A stretch of 51,129 nt of DNA, counting the filler, from Sphacelaria rigidula (Eukaryota), in the NCBI GenBank assembly GCA_964200075.2. It is 3 parts of 3 records of this genome, joined end to end, with 100 filler letters (N's around TTAATTAATTAA, not from the genome) between each part and the next. Parts side by side here need not be neighbours in the genome. Positions count along the whole stretch, not along the records: positions 34,154 to 51,129 come from CAXNAA020001200.1; 2 more parts are not named here. One strand, written 5' to 3'. The notes under the pieces are model-generated. The model made no database searches. It had not been told where the DNA came from and saw only the letters and a list, made by a program, of their open reading frames with translations. Below, in pieces: positions 50,601-51,129 of the stretch. Made by a program: the position numbers and the translations under genes. Numbering within the stretch: position 1 is the first letter of the stretch; each line of letters begins with the position of its first letter.

Positions 50601-51129
50601 CATACAATCGGTGTACTATCATATAGCAACACGATGAACCAATTGATCAATCGAAACCGTCGACAATATGCCACTCTCCTCTCGTATGGGCTAATGATCG
50701 CTCGACCTGTGAATTTTCCGAACGCGGTTGATCCAATGAAGAACAGTCTCGTTCGAAATGTGATCCCGTACCCTCTGTTGGCCCCTTGGGACCCGTTGAC
50801 GGAAAAATGACGATTTACATTTGACGCTTTTCGTTGGCGAGAAAATGATTGTTTTTCTGCAACCGTTGAGGATGCAGCCCACCAAAGCGGTGCGCTAGTC
50901 TTGAAGCTCGAGCATACTAATGTGAACGATTCGTGCACCGTACTCGAACTGACGTTTCCAGGTGACGAAAGCTCGCTGAAGGGAATTTGTCCTGCTTTTC
51001 GCGAGTTCCAAAAGGATTGACGGCCCATATCGAGAAAAATGAAGAAAAGCGAGGAAAAGAAGCATGTTGTCATCGCCCGGATACCATCCCCCCCCTCGGG
51101 GGCCGCCCGGCGGGGCGGCGGCAAGGCCC

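Noticed and set aside
50513..51124. 203-aa ORF at the window end
   Set aside because: No recognisable motif; it starts in a GC-rich contig end, and the opposite strand is equally protein-like but stop-interrupted. Unsupported either way.

Overview
Eukaryotic, intron-rich, repeat-rich nuclear DNA, most consistent with a brown alga (Phaeophyceae, Ectocarpales-like; inferred from gene architecture and protein style, not from a search). The window is not one locus. It is three contigs of 16977, 16976 and 16976 nt (1-16977, 17078-34053, 34154-51129) joined by artificial N44-TTAATTAATTAA-N44 spacers. Most ORFs in the six-frame track are spurious; real coding sequence is split into short GT-AG exons. 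The best-supported gene is on the minus strand of contig 2: nine phase-compatible exons (32972 down to 18136, 1224 nt, 408 aa, incomplete at both ends) encoding tandem discoidin/F5-8 type C/CBM32-like beta-sandwich repeats built from duplicated exon modules. Contig 1 has a partial minus-strand gene of unknown function whose last intron is almost entirely one giant inverted repeat, plus a possible divergent plus-strand gene start. Contig 3 has a long low-complexity minus-strand exon and weaker exon candidates. The remainder is a 5'-truncated LINE, a tRNA-derived SINE family, TTAA- and TAA-flanked MITEs, other foldback elements, a repeat with a telomere-like end, and microsatellites. No rRNA, functional tRNA, CRISPR array or prokaryotic operon is visible, and I cannot claim a confirmed novel system.
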